Origin: an uncultured Verrucomicrobiales bacterium
Lineage (GTDB): Bacteria > Verrucomicrobiota > Verrucomicrobiia > Verrucomicrobiales > Akkermansiaceae
Assembly (NCBI GenBank): GCA_905478925.1
Contig: CAJQKQ010000020.1
Span: forward strand, 3,291-67,290
Length of the DNA: 64,000 nucleotides
Direction: 5' to 3'
Positions within the stretch are counted from its first letter, which is position 1, and every line of letters starts with the position of its first letter. This document shows positions 53,645 to 62,833 of the stretch, piece after piece. Made by a program: the position numbers and the translations under genes. The notes beneath the pieces are model-generated. The model saw only the letters and a list, made by a program, of their open reading frames with translations. It was not told the DNA's origin and searched no databases.

Positions 53645-54145
53645 ATGGAGGAAAATGAAAACAGCTTCGAACTTGTCGAATCTCGGGATGCCATTGATCT
53701 GGTGCCGGTCTGGGAGCCGCAGGTATGGTGGTATTTCGCGGCGGCGGGTGTGGTGTTGGGAGTTGTTCTGCTTGTGATGTTTCTAAGGCGCAAGAAGACC
53801 GTCTCCGACCCGGGCAAGGAGAGGCGTGAGGCCTACCTTGAGGCGAAGGGTGATTTCGAGAAGGGAGCGGGAAGCTCTGCGCGGGAAGCAGCGGTTCGCG
53901 TCTCAGTGATTCTCAGGCGCTACCTTTCGAAAAGCATGCGAGAGCCCGCGCTTTTCGAGACACATGAGGAGTTTGTCTCCCGCCACGACGCGCTGAAGGG
54001 GCTGCCGGAGGATGTCCGGCAATCGCTTGGGGTATTCTTTGCGAAGCTTGCGGAGCTGAAATATGCTCCCGATGTGGCGGAGGAGGCGGCTTCCGAATTT
54101 TATTCGGGCGGGCTGGAACTGCTGGAAAGGATCCACACCCAATGA
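53645..54145 (+). CDS. DUF4381-like single-pass membrane protein of Bat operons
   Basis: WEPQVWWYFAAAGVVLGVVLLVMFLRRKK, then a helical domain. Its position between DUF58 and batA is typical. Confidence 0.6.
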   Translation: MEENENSFELVESRDAIDLVPVWEPQVWWYFAAAGVVLGVVLLVMFLRRKKTVSDPGKERREAYLEAKGDFEKGAGSSAREAAVRVSVILRRYLSKSMREPALFETHEEFVSRHDALKGLPEDVRQSLGVFFAKLAELKYAPDVAEEAASEFYSGGLELLERIHTQ

Positions 54146-55155
54146 TCGAGGACTTCATTGAGCATTTTAGATTCGCGCAGCCGGGCTGGCTGCTGCTTTT
54201 CGTGCCGTGCCTGCTGTTGCTGCTACTCAGGCGGGGTAGGGGTGCGACGGGTGCCGTGGTTTTTCCTAATCTCGGCGTTCTCCTGAGTTTGGGGAAAAAG
54301 GTCAGTCGTCTCGCGTGGAACGTGGGGGTTCCGCTGGTCTTTACCTCGCTGGTTTTCGCAATCCTCGGCATGGCGAGGCCGGTGTGGCGCAAAGAATACC
54401 AGAGCCGGATTGCGAGCGGTATCGACATCGTGCTCGCCTTTGATGTCTCGCTCTCGATGGACATCAACGACTTCCGGATGGACGGCCGTCCGATGCGCCG
54501 TATCGATGCGGCCAAGCGGGTGGTCGATGCGTTCATCTCGCGTCGTCCCGATGACCGCATCGGACTGGTGGCGTTCGCGGGAAGGCCTGTTTCGGTGAGC
54601 CCGATCACATTGGATCATGACTGGCTGCGGCTCGGGCTCGATGGGCTGAGGCTGAACCGCCAAGGCATTGGCACCGTCGAGGAACAGGGCACGGCGATCG
54701 GCTCCGCCCTTGCGACCGCCGCCACACGGCTCGACAACCGGGAGGCGAAGAGCAAAATTATCGTGCTGATTACGGACGGTGCCAGCAACTCCGGGAAGAT
54801 TTCTCCGCTTGAGGCGGCGAAGCACATCAAGACACTCGGGATAAAGACTTATACCGTGGCGATCGGCACGAAGAAGGGACGGGTTTCCCGCGGTATTCAG
54901 ACATTCCCCCGGCAGGAATTCGACCTTCCGACATTGCAGAAGATCGCGAGCGAGACGCGTGGTGAGCATTTCTGGGCGCAGAGCCTCGAGGATCTGGAGA
55001 ATAATTTTCAGACCATCGACAAGCTTGAGAAAACCGAGTCCCGGAGCCTGACGGTGACTGACGACAGGGAACTCTACGGGTGGTTTGTCGGATTTTCCCT
55101 GCTGGCGGCGATGGGTTTGTCGGTTTATATCTCCCTGAACAGGACGGTCTCCTAG
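54142..55155 (+). CDS. batA: VWA-domain membrane protein BatA
   Basis: N-terminal TM helices, VWA MIDAS DVSLSM...GTAIG...TDG, and a C-terminal TM. ATGA overlap with the upstream gene. Confidence 0.85.
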   Translation: MIEDFIEHFRFAQPGWLLLFVPCLLLLLLRRGRGATGAVVFPNLGVLLSLGKKVSRLAWNVGVPLVFTSLVFAILGMARPVWRKEYQSRIASGIDIVLAFDVSLSMDINDFRMDGRPMRRIDAAKRVVDAFISRRPDDRIGLVAFAGRPVSVSPITLDHDWLRLGLDGLRLNRQGIGTVEEQGTAIGSALATAATRLDNREAKSKIIVLITDGASNSGKISPLEAAKHIKTLGIKTYTVAIGTKKGRVSRGIQTFPRQEFDLPTLQKIASETRGEHFWAQSLEDLENNFQTIDKLEKTESRSLTVTDDRELYGWFVGFSLLAAMGLSVYISLNRTVS

Positions 55156-55156
55156 T

Positions 55157-57091
55157 ATGAATTTCGAATATCCAGCATGGCTTTGGCTGTGGGTCGCAGT
55201 GCCGATCCTCGCGGTCGGTGCTGTCCTGACGGGGCGTTTTATGAAAAGGCCGTGGGAGGAGTTTGCGGCTGAGCGGCTGCGGGGAAGGCTGGTAAAGCGC
55301 GATCATCCGCTGCCACGCTGGCTGGCTCTTGGGATGATACTCGCGGCCATGGCGGCGCTGATCTTCAGCTTGGCAAGACCGCAGGGCGATGCCGGCACCA
55401 AGACGGAAAAGACAAGCGGCCGCAATGTCATGATTGCCCTCGATCTTTCGCGCAGCATGAGAGTGCAGGACGTGAAACCGGATCGCCTGGCGCAGGCGAA
55501 GATCGTCATCTACGAGCTGCTTGAATCGCTGAAAGACGACCGTGTGGGATTGATCGGCTTTGCTGGATCTCCGTTTCTTTCCGCGCCCCTGACCATCGAC
55601 CACGTTGCGGTGAAGGAAACGGTGGAGCAGATCGACGAGAAGTGGGTTTCCAAGGGGGGGTCTGATATTGCGGCTGCGATCAAGCTGGCGACGGCGACGC
55701 TTAGGGAAACAGGGCAAAAGAACAACGCGCTCATTGTGATTAGCGATGGCGAGGAGAACGAAGGCGACCTCGACGCGATCATCGCCGACGCCGAGAGCTC
55801 CGGAGTGACGATCTTTGCCGTAGGGGTCGGGACCGAAGACGGCGGTTTTGTGCCCCATCCGGATTTCCCCGATGGTTTGGTGGACAAGGCAGGAAACCGG
55901 ATATTGAGTCGGTTGCAGCCGGAGGTGATGCGCAAGTTGGCGAACGGGACGGGAGGCCGGTATGTGATCGCCGGGCGTGGTGCGGACATCCCTTCGATGG
56001 TGGAGGTTGCGATCGAGGGCATCGATGCGTTCGAAATGGAAGGTGGGCGGACAAGGATCGTGATCGAATTTTTCCAATGGGCGTTGTTTCCGGCTATCGT
56101 TTTTCTGATGGGTGCCATTGTCTCTGGTACGCGCTGGAGAGGGATGTCCGGTGCGGCTGCAATGCTGTTTTTCCTGATGGTGCCGCAACAGACATGGGCG
56201 GATACGGTTTCGGAAGCCCGCAAGGCGTTCACTGAAAAGCGTTATGATGAGGCACGGGATGCCTACCGTTTCCTTGCCGATGGCAAGCAACCCGGCGGGC
56301 GGCGGGCGAAATACCGGCTTGGGGAGGCTTTGTCTGCGTATCAGGCGCAGGACTACCGTGGCGCACGGATGGCATACAGCGAGGCGCTTCTTGCCGACGA
56401 GTCGGAGGTTGTTGCAGCGGCACACGAGGGGATGGGTAACACACTTTTCCAACTCGGCTGGATGGGTCTTTCCGGCAGTCGCTATCCGGAGGGTGATGAT
56501 ATCCCTGATATGGAAAAGTTCGATGAGCTGGTGCAAGAGCAGCTGAAACGGATGGCTGAGGCGGAGCCGCCCGAATCCGGGGAGACCAACGAGTTCATCC
56601 GTCTCGATTCGATCATCCTTAACTGGACGGATACGGTGAGGCATTACCGCTCGGCCTTGGCCAAAGACCCGGCGGACGCCGCGCCGCGGCGCAACGAGAA
56701 ACTCACGATAAATTACCTCAAGAGGCTCCAGGAACTTCTCGAAGAGGAGAAGCAGCAGACGGAAGAGGAGATGCCGCAGCCGGGCGAAGGAGAGCCGCAG
56801 GAAGGTGAGGGCGAAGGTGAGCCGCAGGAAGGTGAGGGTGGCGGTGAGCCGCAGGAGAATGGTGACGCCGGCAGCGGCGACGAGGAAAACGAGGAGGGCA
56901 AGGGCGGCGACGAGGAGGAGGAAGGCGACAAAGGCAAGGAACCCGATACTACCGAAGAGGAAGGCGAGGGAGATCCGAACGAATCGCCCGAAGAGCGAGC
57001 CCGGCGCATCCTTTCGGAAAATGCAGATTTGGAGAAAGGCCCGCTATCACCCGGGCGGCGGGAGTTCAGGAATCCCGAAAAAGATTGGTAA
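55157..57091 (+). CDS. batB: BatB-like VWA protein fused to a TPR (BatC-like) region and an acidic repeat tail
   Basis: VWA MIDAS DLSRSM...SDG, internal TMs, TPR-like segment (YDEARDAYRFLADG...YRGARMAYSEAL), and an EGEPQEGEG repeats tail. Confidence 0.8.
   Translation: MNFEYPAWLWLWVAVPILAVGAVLTGRFMKRPWEEFAAERLRGRLVKRDHPLPRWLALGMILAAMAALIFSLARPQGDAGTKTEKTSGRNVMIALDLSRSMRVQDVKPDRLAQAKIVIYELLESLKDDRVGLIGFAGSPFLSAPLTIDHVAVKETVEQIDEKWVSKGGSDIAAAIKLATATLRETGQKNNALIVISDGEENEGDLDAIIADAESSGVTIFAVGVGTEDGGFVPHPDFPDGLVDKAGNRILSRLQPEVMRKLANGTGGRYVIAGRGADIPSMVEVAIEGIDAFEMEGGRTRIVIEFFQWALFPAIVFLMGAIVSGTRWRGMSGAAAMLFFLMVPQQTWADTVSEARKAFTEKRYDEARDAYRFLADGKQPGGRRAKYRLGEALSAYQAQDYRGARMAYSEALLADESEVVAAAHEGMGNTLFQLGWMGLSGSRYPEGDDIPDMEKFDELVQEQLKRMAEAEPPESGETNEFIRLDSIILNWTDTVRHYRSALAKDPADAAPRRNEKLTINYLKRLQELLEEEKQQTEEEMPQPGEGEPQEGEGEGEPQEGEGGGEPQENGDAGSGDEENEEGKGGDEEEEGDKGKEPDTTEEEGEGDPNESPEERARRILSENADLEKGPLSPGRREFRNPEKDW
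56792..56872 (+). repeat. Three tandem 27-bp coding repeats (EPQEGEGEG units)
   Basis: GAGCCGCAG recurs at 56792, 56819 and 56846. The units are nearly identical. Confidence 0.85.
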
Positions 57092-57094
57092 TAT

Positions 57095-59533
57095 ATGAAT
57101 GCACTCACACTCAGAATCATCTTCCTCACGCTGCTCGGCGTTGCCATCGGTTACGGTGGTGTCAGGAGCAAGATTTCCTCCGGCTACGTTGCGAGAGGGG
57201 AGCAATGCCTTTTCGAGATCCGCGTGGATGGCCAGGAACCGGACGAGATGCCACGCGTTCGGAAGGTGAAGGATGTGGTGATCGAGCCGATTGGGTTCGG
57301 CCGTCCGCAGAAGTTCCCCGGACGCAGGATTGAATCCAGCTTCCAGTTCCTTGTTTCCAGCTATGCGGTGGGGATTCACGAGATTCCGGCCGTCGAGGTG
57401 ATGGTGAACGGAGTCAAACTGATGACTGAACCGATCCGTTTGGAAGTGTTCGACCCGAGCGACCTGAGATGGGGTGAAGCGCCTTCCCAGCCGGAGGAAC
57501 TCGGGGAGGTGGTGAAATACGCCAGCGTCATCCGCATCCCTCAGAAGAAGATCTACGCGAACCAGACGGTTGCTGCAGAAATCAAGATTTACGTCCCCGA
57601 GGAACTTGCGAGAAACGTCCGCGATTGGGGTGTGCCGGAATTCGATAGGAAAGGGCTCGCTGTGTGGAGGTTTAAGGCAAGTGATCCTCCGGGCAGGGTG
57701 AACCTGCTGGGTAAACCGTATGTTTCCCTTTCCTACCAGACGACGATGACTGCAATCGCCGCCGGACAGGTGGAGATCGGGCCGGCGACGGTGCGCGTGA
57801 TCTATGTGAAGACCATATTCGACGGCTTTGCCCGACGTGTGAATGTCCAGGCGACTGTGGATGTGCCGAAGCTCGGCTTCGAGATCGCCGCACTTCCGGA
57901 GGGTGCGCCGGAAGGTTTCGACAACGCGGTGGGCAAGTTCACCATAGGGACGTCGATCAAGGAAACCGATGTTACCGAGGGCGAGCCGCTATCCGTTGAT
58001 GTGATCGTCAGCGGCAGCGGGAATCTTGATAACCTGCGTTCACCTGCGATGGTCGATTCGGGCGGTTGGAAGGTATATGACGCGACACCGAACCAGCGCG
58101 GCGAGGAACGTCGAGAGCTCAGCGGTTCGGTTGTTTTTAGCCAGTTCATTCGTCCGCTTGAGATGAAGACGGGGATACCGCCTTTCCGCTTGGTCTATTT
58201 CGATCCGGAAGCGGGAAAATATGAAACCGTGACGACAGATGTCATCGCGCTGAACATGAAACCTGCTGCTGCCGGGATGAACTTCGAATCCTCCGGGCCG
58301 CCGCAGGCGCTGCCGCTGCCGGTCGAGCGGATGACCGATATCCTCGGTGCGATCAAAGCCGGAGATCTGCTCTCCGCTCCGGGTAGGGTGTTTCCTTGGT
58401 GGCTGCCGCATGCACTTGCCGCCGCGCTCGCGCTCGCGCTGATCGGCAAGGCGCTCTGGGGGCGTTATGGATACCTTTTCGAGAAGGACGAGGTAAAGTC
58501 TTCCAAGCGCAGGGAATTTGAGAAATTGGCGAAGGTTCCCTCCGACGACGGCCTCGGTTTCCTCAAAGCTGCCGGAGGTTTTGCCGAGCGCTGGCTGGCA
58601 CCGGATGAGAATGATGAGATCCGTGGTATCATCGAGGAAAGGGACCGTCTCTGTTTCCGGAAGACGAGGGATGTTCCGGGTGTTCCTAAGGGGCGCCGGC
58701 GCGAAATTCTCCGCAGTCTGCGGCGTGCATCCTTCGGAGTGCTGCTCTTTGCATTTTCCTGCTTTGCTGTGGAATCCGCCAATGCAGAGGATATTTCTGG
58801 CCAGGCAATGGAGGCCTATGAATCGGCGAAATTCGAAGACGCGGCTAAGCTTTGGTTGGAGGCCGGACCGTATGAGCACCTCACAGCTGACACACTCTAC
58901 AACATCGGCAATGCATCCTACCGAATGGGCGCTCCTGGGCATTCAGCCCTTTACTACCGCAGGGCCTTGGCCCGCGATAAGGGGCACGAGGAGGCGCGGC
59001 AGAACCTCCGTTTCCTTGAGAGGAAATACGGTGCGATCACGATCAACCGACCTGAATACCAGTATGCGATTGCGAAGATCCCTCTCGCCGCCTGGCGCGG
59101 TGGACTGTGGTGCGGTGCATGGCTGCTTGCGCTGGGTTTGCTGGTGTTTCCCGCGACCCGCGCCGGATCACGGCTGAGGGTGGCCGGTGTGGTCGGCTTC
59201 GTCATCGGCCCGATGCTGATGTCTCTCGGCGGACTCGGTTGGAGATATTTTCCTGACGACGCCGATTTCGCGCCGCTTGAGAGGCAGGCGGTGATTATCG
59301 GTGACAAGGTCGTCCTGCACTCGGATGCAGCGCGCACTTCGCCGGAGGTGATCGATGCCCCTCCCGGCTCCCTTGCGGAGGTTTTTCAGCGTTCCGGACG
59401 GTGGGCGTATGTGGGCTTTGCTACGAAGACCCGAGGATGGGTGCCAGTGGAATCCATAGAGATGATTGTTCCGAAGGATACCCCCGATCCCCCGAAGGTT
59501 CGGAAAACCGCAGCCGACGGAAGCAGCGCATGA
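57095..59533 (+). CDS. batD: BatD-like protein fused to a TPR plus SH3 (BatE-like) C-terminus
   Basis: 812 aa. N-terminal signal/TM and BatD-type beta-rich repeats, a mid TM, TPR (YNIGNASYRMG...ALYYRRALARD), more TMs, then SH3-like GRWAYVGFATKTRGWVPVESIE. Confidence 0.75.
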   Translation: MNALTLRIIFLTLLGVAIGYGGVRSKISSGYVARGEQCLFEIRVDGQEPDEMPRVRKVKDVVIEPIGFGRPQKFPGRRIESSFQFLVSSYAVGIHEIPAVEVMVNGVKLMTEPIRLEVFDPSDLRWGEAPSQPEELGEVVKYASVIRIPQKKIYANQTVAAEIKIYVPEELARNVRDWGVPEFDRKGLAVWRFKASDPPGRVNLLGKPYVSLSYQTTMTAIAAGQVEIGPATVRVIYVKTIFDGFARRVNVQATVDVPKLGFEIAALPEGAPEGFDNAVGKFTIGTSIKETDVTEGEPLSVDVIVSGSGNLDNLRSPAMVDSGGWKVYDATPNQRGEERRELSGSVVFSQFIRPLEMKTGIPPFRLVYFDPEAGKYETVTTDVIALNMKPAAAGMNFESSGPPQALPLPVERMTDILGAIKAGDLLSAPGRVFPWWLPHALAAALALALIGKALWGRYGYLFEKDEVKSSKRREFEKLAKVPSDDGLGFLKAAGGFAERWLAPDENDEIRGIIEERDRLCFRKTRDVPGVPKGRRREILRSLRRASFGVLLFAFSCFAVESANAEDISGQAMEAYESAKFEDAAKLWLEAGPYEHLTADTLYNIGNASYRMGAPGHSALYYRRALARDKGHEEARQNLRFLERKYGAITINRPEYQYAIAKIPLAAWRGGLWCGAWLLALGLLVFPATRAGSRLRVAGVVGFVIGPMLMSLGGLGWRYFPDDADFAPLERQAVIIGDKVVLHSDAARTSPEVIDAPPGSLAEVFQRSGRWAYVGFATKTRGWVPVESIEMIVPKDTPDPPKVRKTAADGSSA

Positions 59534-60534
59534 ACGATCGAATCGCATGGCTGGCCAGGCGCGACGGCACCGTGATCCTTGGCAAGGGGCCTTTCACGGC
59601 TGTGGCCGAGCCACCTGCCGATGGCGTGGCATTCTACAAGCGTGGCTTTGCCTCGCAGGAGGAAATGCCGTGGTGGATTCCGTCGGACTTCCAAAGGATG
59701 CCGGTAGAGGAGTTTCAACGCATGAACGCAGTGATGGACGCCCCCGTAATCCGTTGGGAGACGCCGGATGCGATGCCTTTCTCATTCGTTTTCCAGGAAA
59801 TTATGGCCTGCATTCACCAAGGCCAGATTGAAAAGACCGTGCCTGTAGTCACGGAAGTAGGCGAGGCAGGGGTGGCTGTCGGGAAGGCGGTGATGTCCGC
59901 GATGGCCTCTCAATCGGCACCGCTGTATTCGTATGGATGGGCTTCGGAGGAAGGCGGTTTTGCGGGGGCGACCCCGGAACTCCTGTTTTCCCTGGATGGG
60001 CTGAGACTTGAGACCGCGGCACTCGCAGGGACAGCCCGGCGCGAGGACGAGGCGGTCTTCGGAGTGGATGAGAAGGAAATTCGCGAACACGAATACGTGG
60101 CTCAGACGCTGGTTTCGAAGCTTCTCGATCTCGGCACACTGCAACGCAAGGAGCGCAGCGTCCTCCGGCTCGGATCCATCATTCATTTCCATACAGGTAT
60201 CACGGTCGACCTGGAAACACCGCAGGATCCGAAACAACTGCTCCGCTTGCTCCACCCGACGCCTGCGCTCGGGCCTCTGCCGCGCACCAGCGAGACGATG
60301 GATATGCTCAGGATATGGCGCGAGCACCTCGGTTGCCCTGAGGAGTTTGGTGCGCCGTTCGGCGTCTGGGATTGCGGGAAATTCGAGGCCGTTGTGGCGA
60401 TTCGAGGGCTCTGGTGGGATGAAAAGCGAGTGTCGCTTCCCGCCGGTTGCGGGATCATTGAGGCCAGCCGCCTTGTAAATGAGTGGCGGGAACTGAGGTT
60501 GAAGCGTGCTGCGGTAAAAGCCTTCATCTCATGA
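59530..60534 (+). CDS. menF: Short isochorismate synthase-like (chorismate-binding) enzyme
   Basis: The ATG at 59530 overlaps the batD stop (ATGA). GATPELLFS, LAGTARR, EHEYV, HPTPALGP are chorismate-utilising enzyme motifs. At 334 aa it is shorter than typical MenF. Confidence 0.7.
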   Translation: MNDRIAWLARRDGTVILGKGPFTAVAEPPADGVAFYKRGFASQEEMPWWIPSDFQRMPVEEFQRMNAVMDAPVIRWETPDAMPFSFVFQEIMACIHQGQIEKTVPVVTEVGEAGVAVGKAVMSAMASQSAPLYSYGWASEEGGFAGATPELLFSLDGLRLETAALAGTARREDEAVFGVDEKEIREHEYVAQTLVSKLLDLGTLQRKERSVLRLGSIIHFHTGITVDLETPQDPKQLLRLLHPTPALGPLPRTSETMDMLRIWREHLGCPEEFGAPFGVWDCGKFEAVVAIRGLWWDEKRVSLPAGCGIIEASRLVNEWRELRLKRAAVKAFIS

Positions 60535-60595
60535 CCCTGTTCCGTGCCGGGAATCGCAGCTTGCGGTGAGGTGGTAAGCGGGGCTACTTTCCGGA

Positions 60596-61129
60596 ATGAA
60601 ATTTCTGCGCCTTGCCGCGATCCTCGCGCTATGCATTCTCCCGGTTTTCTCGGAAGAGTCCGGTTTCAAGGCGGTCGACGGGCCGAATGTCAGGGTTATG
60701 CGCCATGACGACGGTTCGCGAACCGTTTTCACCCGCAGCCCCGACAACCGTGTGCTGACAAAGAAGACTTATACCGGGAACGGCGCGCTTTTCCTTGTCA
60801 CGATCTACCGGATGGACGCGCACGGGAATCCGATGAACTGCAAGATTTACGATGGGCAGAAGACTGAGATGTTCAAATCTCGTTATGGCTACAGGAAGAC
60901 CGACGGCCAGCTGGTGGAGGAACAGATGTTCGACTCTCGGGTGAAGCGGATCGATCCTAATACCGGGGAGGAAATGCCAGTGCGGCGCTTCATCTACACT
61001 TACGACGCTCTCGGCAACCGCAGCGCCCCAATCTCGATTACCCTGATACCTGGTAAGACCGCGGAGGATGTCTTCGGCGGGCCGAGTGTGCTGGATGTGA
61101 ATCCGTTCGATGCGCCTGCGGGTAGGTAA
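60596..61129 (+). CDS. Small secreted protein with YD-repeat-like motifs
   Basis: Signal peptide MKFLRLAAILALCILPVFS. YRMDAHGNP, YGYRKTDGQ, YTYDALGNR resemble YD repeats. Confidence 0.55.
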   Translation: MKFLRLAAILALCILPVFSEESGFKAVDGPNVRVMRHDDGSRTVFTRSPDNRVLTKKTYTGNGALFLVTIYRMDAHGNPMNCKIYDGQKTEMFKSRYGYRKTDGQLVEEQMFDSRVKRIDPNTGEEMPVRRFIYTYDALGNRSAPISITLIPGKTAEDVFGGPSVLDVNPFDAPAGR

Positions 61130-61141
61130 TTGACGTTTCCA

Positions 61142-62413
61142 ATGATGTCCGGAAAACAGTTGTTGCCGCTGCTGGTAGGGGTGGCGCTTGGGGTAGGTGG
61201 CTGGTTGTATGGGCACCGCGGCGGCGTGATTCCGGGAGTTTCCATGGAGGATGGAGATTTGAGGGGAAGGATCGCGATGCTGGAGAGGGAGAATGCGTCT
61301 TTGCGTTCGTTGGCGCAGGGCGGTGGGGAAGTCGCTGTGCCGCCGGAGATGGTCGCGCAGGTGGAGAAGGATTATGGGCTATCATTCCTATCAAGTCCTG
61401 TTTTTCACCGGGTTGCGGCGGAGGAGTTGGGATATCGGATCGAGGCGGCGATCGAAAGCCGGCTCGGCCCGCAGGGTGCGGATGACAGGCAGGAGGCATG
61501 GCGGCGGATGGGGTTGCTGCGGGAAGGCGATAAATTGCTCAAACAGCTGGTGGCGGTGAAATCTGTGGGAGCGATCGGATGGTTCGACCAGGTAAGTGGT
61601 GAGGCATGGGTGACGGATCGCTTTGATCCCAAGAATATTCCCGATCAGGCGGCGATGCTGCGGCTGCTTGTGCGGATCCTGCTGAACCAGAATTTCCCGC
61701 CGCCGCCCGCGTATCCCGGCGATGATGCGGCGCGGGCGAGGGAGTCATTGCATGCGGGCGCGGCGAAGGGTGCGGAGTCGCGCCTCTACGCGGCGAGCGC
61801 ACGGGGGATCGGTTTCCTGCCGATGAACGATGACGGCCCTGCGGCGCGGTTGCTGCTCTCGCTGCCGCCCTTTGTGCAGGGGATTACGCAGTTCCCGGCG
61901 ATGGAAGGCAAGGCGTTTGCTGATACGGCCTACGTGAAAGGGACGGAGGCTTTTGCGGAGGGGATGCGGGATGGGATTCAGAGCACCTTCGGAGTGGCGT
62001 TCCCCTCGGAGAAAGAAGACGGCGGCGAGATTGTTTTTCCGGAGATTTCCGACGAGATCTATCTGGAGGAAAGCGGTGGGTATCTGGGGCTTAGGCTGTG
62101 GATTGCGGAAGGTGGTGATGTGGGCCTTGCCGGGGAGGTCGCCCGGGAATGGTTGGCAGACCGATACGTTCTTTTCGCAGATGGTGAGATGTCCTCGGGA
62201 TTGGCTTGGGATGTGGTTTTCGGGGATGGCGAAGCGGCGGATCGTTTCGAAAACTCATGCCATGATCGGCTGGGAGCGCTGGCGGAGGATGGCCGCCTGC
62301 TCGATGTCGTGAGGCTGGGGGAGAAGCGGGTCAGGTTTCTGAATGTGGCGACGGGGAAGGCATTGGAAAAATTCAAAATTCAAAATTTAAAATTCAAGGG
62401 AGAGAAGAAATGA
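61142..62413 (+). CDS. Membrane-anchored hypothetical protein
   Basis: ATG at 61142, one TM (LLPLLVGVALGVGGWLYG), a coiled segment, no known motif. The last 15 codons (EKFKIQNLKFKGEKK) read through heptad element g. Confidence 0.55.
   Translation: MMSGKQLLPLLVGVALGVGGWLYGHRGGVIPGVSMEDGDLRGRIAMLERENASLRSLAQGGGEVAVPPEMVAQVEKDYGLSFLSSPVFHRVAAEELGYRIEAAIESRLGPQGADDRQEAWRRMGLLREGDKLLKQLVAVKSVGAIGWFDQVSGEAWVTDRFDPKNIPDQAAMLRLLVRILLNQNFPPPPAYPGDDAARARESLHAGAAKGAESRLYAASARGIGFLPMNDDGPAARLLLSLPPFVQGITQFPAMEGKAFADTAYVKGTEAFAEGMRDGIQSTFGVAFPSEKEDGGEIVFPEISDEIYLEESGGYLGLRLWIAEGGDVGLAGEVAREWLADRYVLFADGEMSSGLAWDVVFGDGEAADRFENSCHDRLGALAEDGRLLDVVRLGEKRVRFLNVATGKALEKFKIQNLKFKGEKK
62366..62408 (+). repeat. 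AT-rich heptad-periodic element, subtype 1, copy g
   Basis: AAAAATT CAAAATT CAAAATT TAAAATT CAAGGGA GAGAAGA, ending 1 nt before the yjbQ ATG. Confidence 0.85.
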
Positions 62414-62829
62414 AAGTGCATACGGCTGAGATGAAGGTGGAGACGCGGGGTAAGGGGACGTATGAGATTACGGATGAGATTACGCGGATCGTTAGGAACA
62501 CCGGGGTCACGGACGGACAGGTTACGGTTTTCCTGTGTCACACCAGTGCGAGTCTTGTGCTGATGGAAAATGCGGATCCGAGCGCGCGGCGTGACCTTGA
62601 GCGTTGGTTTGACCGTTTGGTGAGGGAGGACGATCCTGATTTTATCCACACCCACGAGGGGCCAGACGATATGCCCAGCCACATCCGGATGGCGCTGACG
62701 CGATCCAGTGAGGTGATCCCCATCCATGGCGGGCGGATGACGCTGGGGACGTGGCAGGGAATTTTTGTGTTTGAACACCGGAGGGATCCGCATGGACGGC
62801 GAATCGCGGTGACGGTGATGGGTGCCTGA
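62410..62829 (+). CDS. yjbQ: YjbQ/UPF0047 family (secondary thiamine-phosphate synthase) protein
   Basis: 139 aa. HTSASL...ENADP...D...H.HEGPDDMPSHI...GRM.LGTWQGI are UPF0047 hallmarks. Confidence 0.85.
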   Translation: MKVHTAEMKVETRGKGTYEITDEITRIVRNTGVTDGQVTVFLCHTSASLVLMENADPSARRDLERWFDRLVREDDPDFIHTHEGPDDMPSHIRMALTRSSEVIPIHGGRMTLGTWQGIFVFEHRRDPHGRRIAVTVMGA

Positions 62830-62833
62830 AACC

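Noticed and set aside
54827-56644. 605-aa ORF on the - strand, the longest unexplained ORF in the track
   Set aside because: It is antisense to batA and batB. The composition is extremely rich in R, P, H and S, typical of the reverse frame of GC-rich coding DNA. No domains are recognisable.
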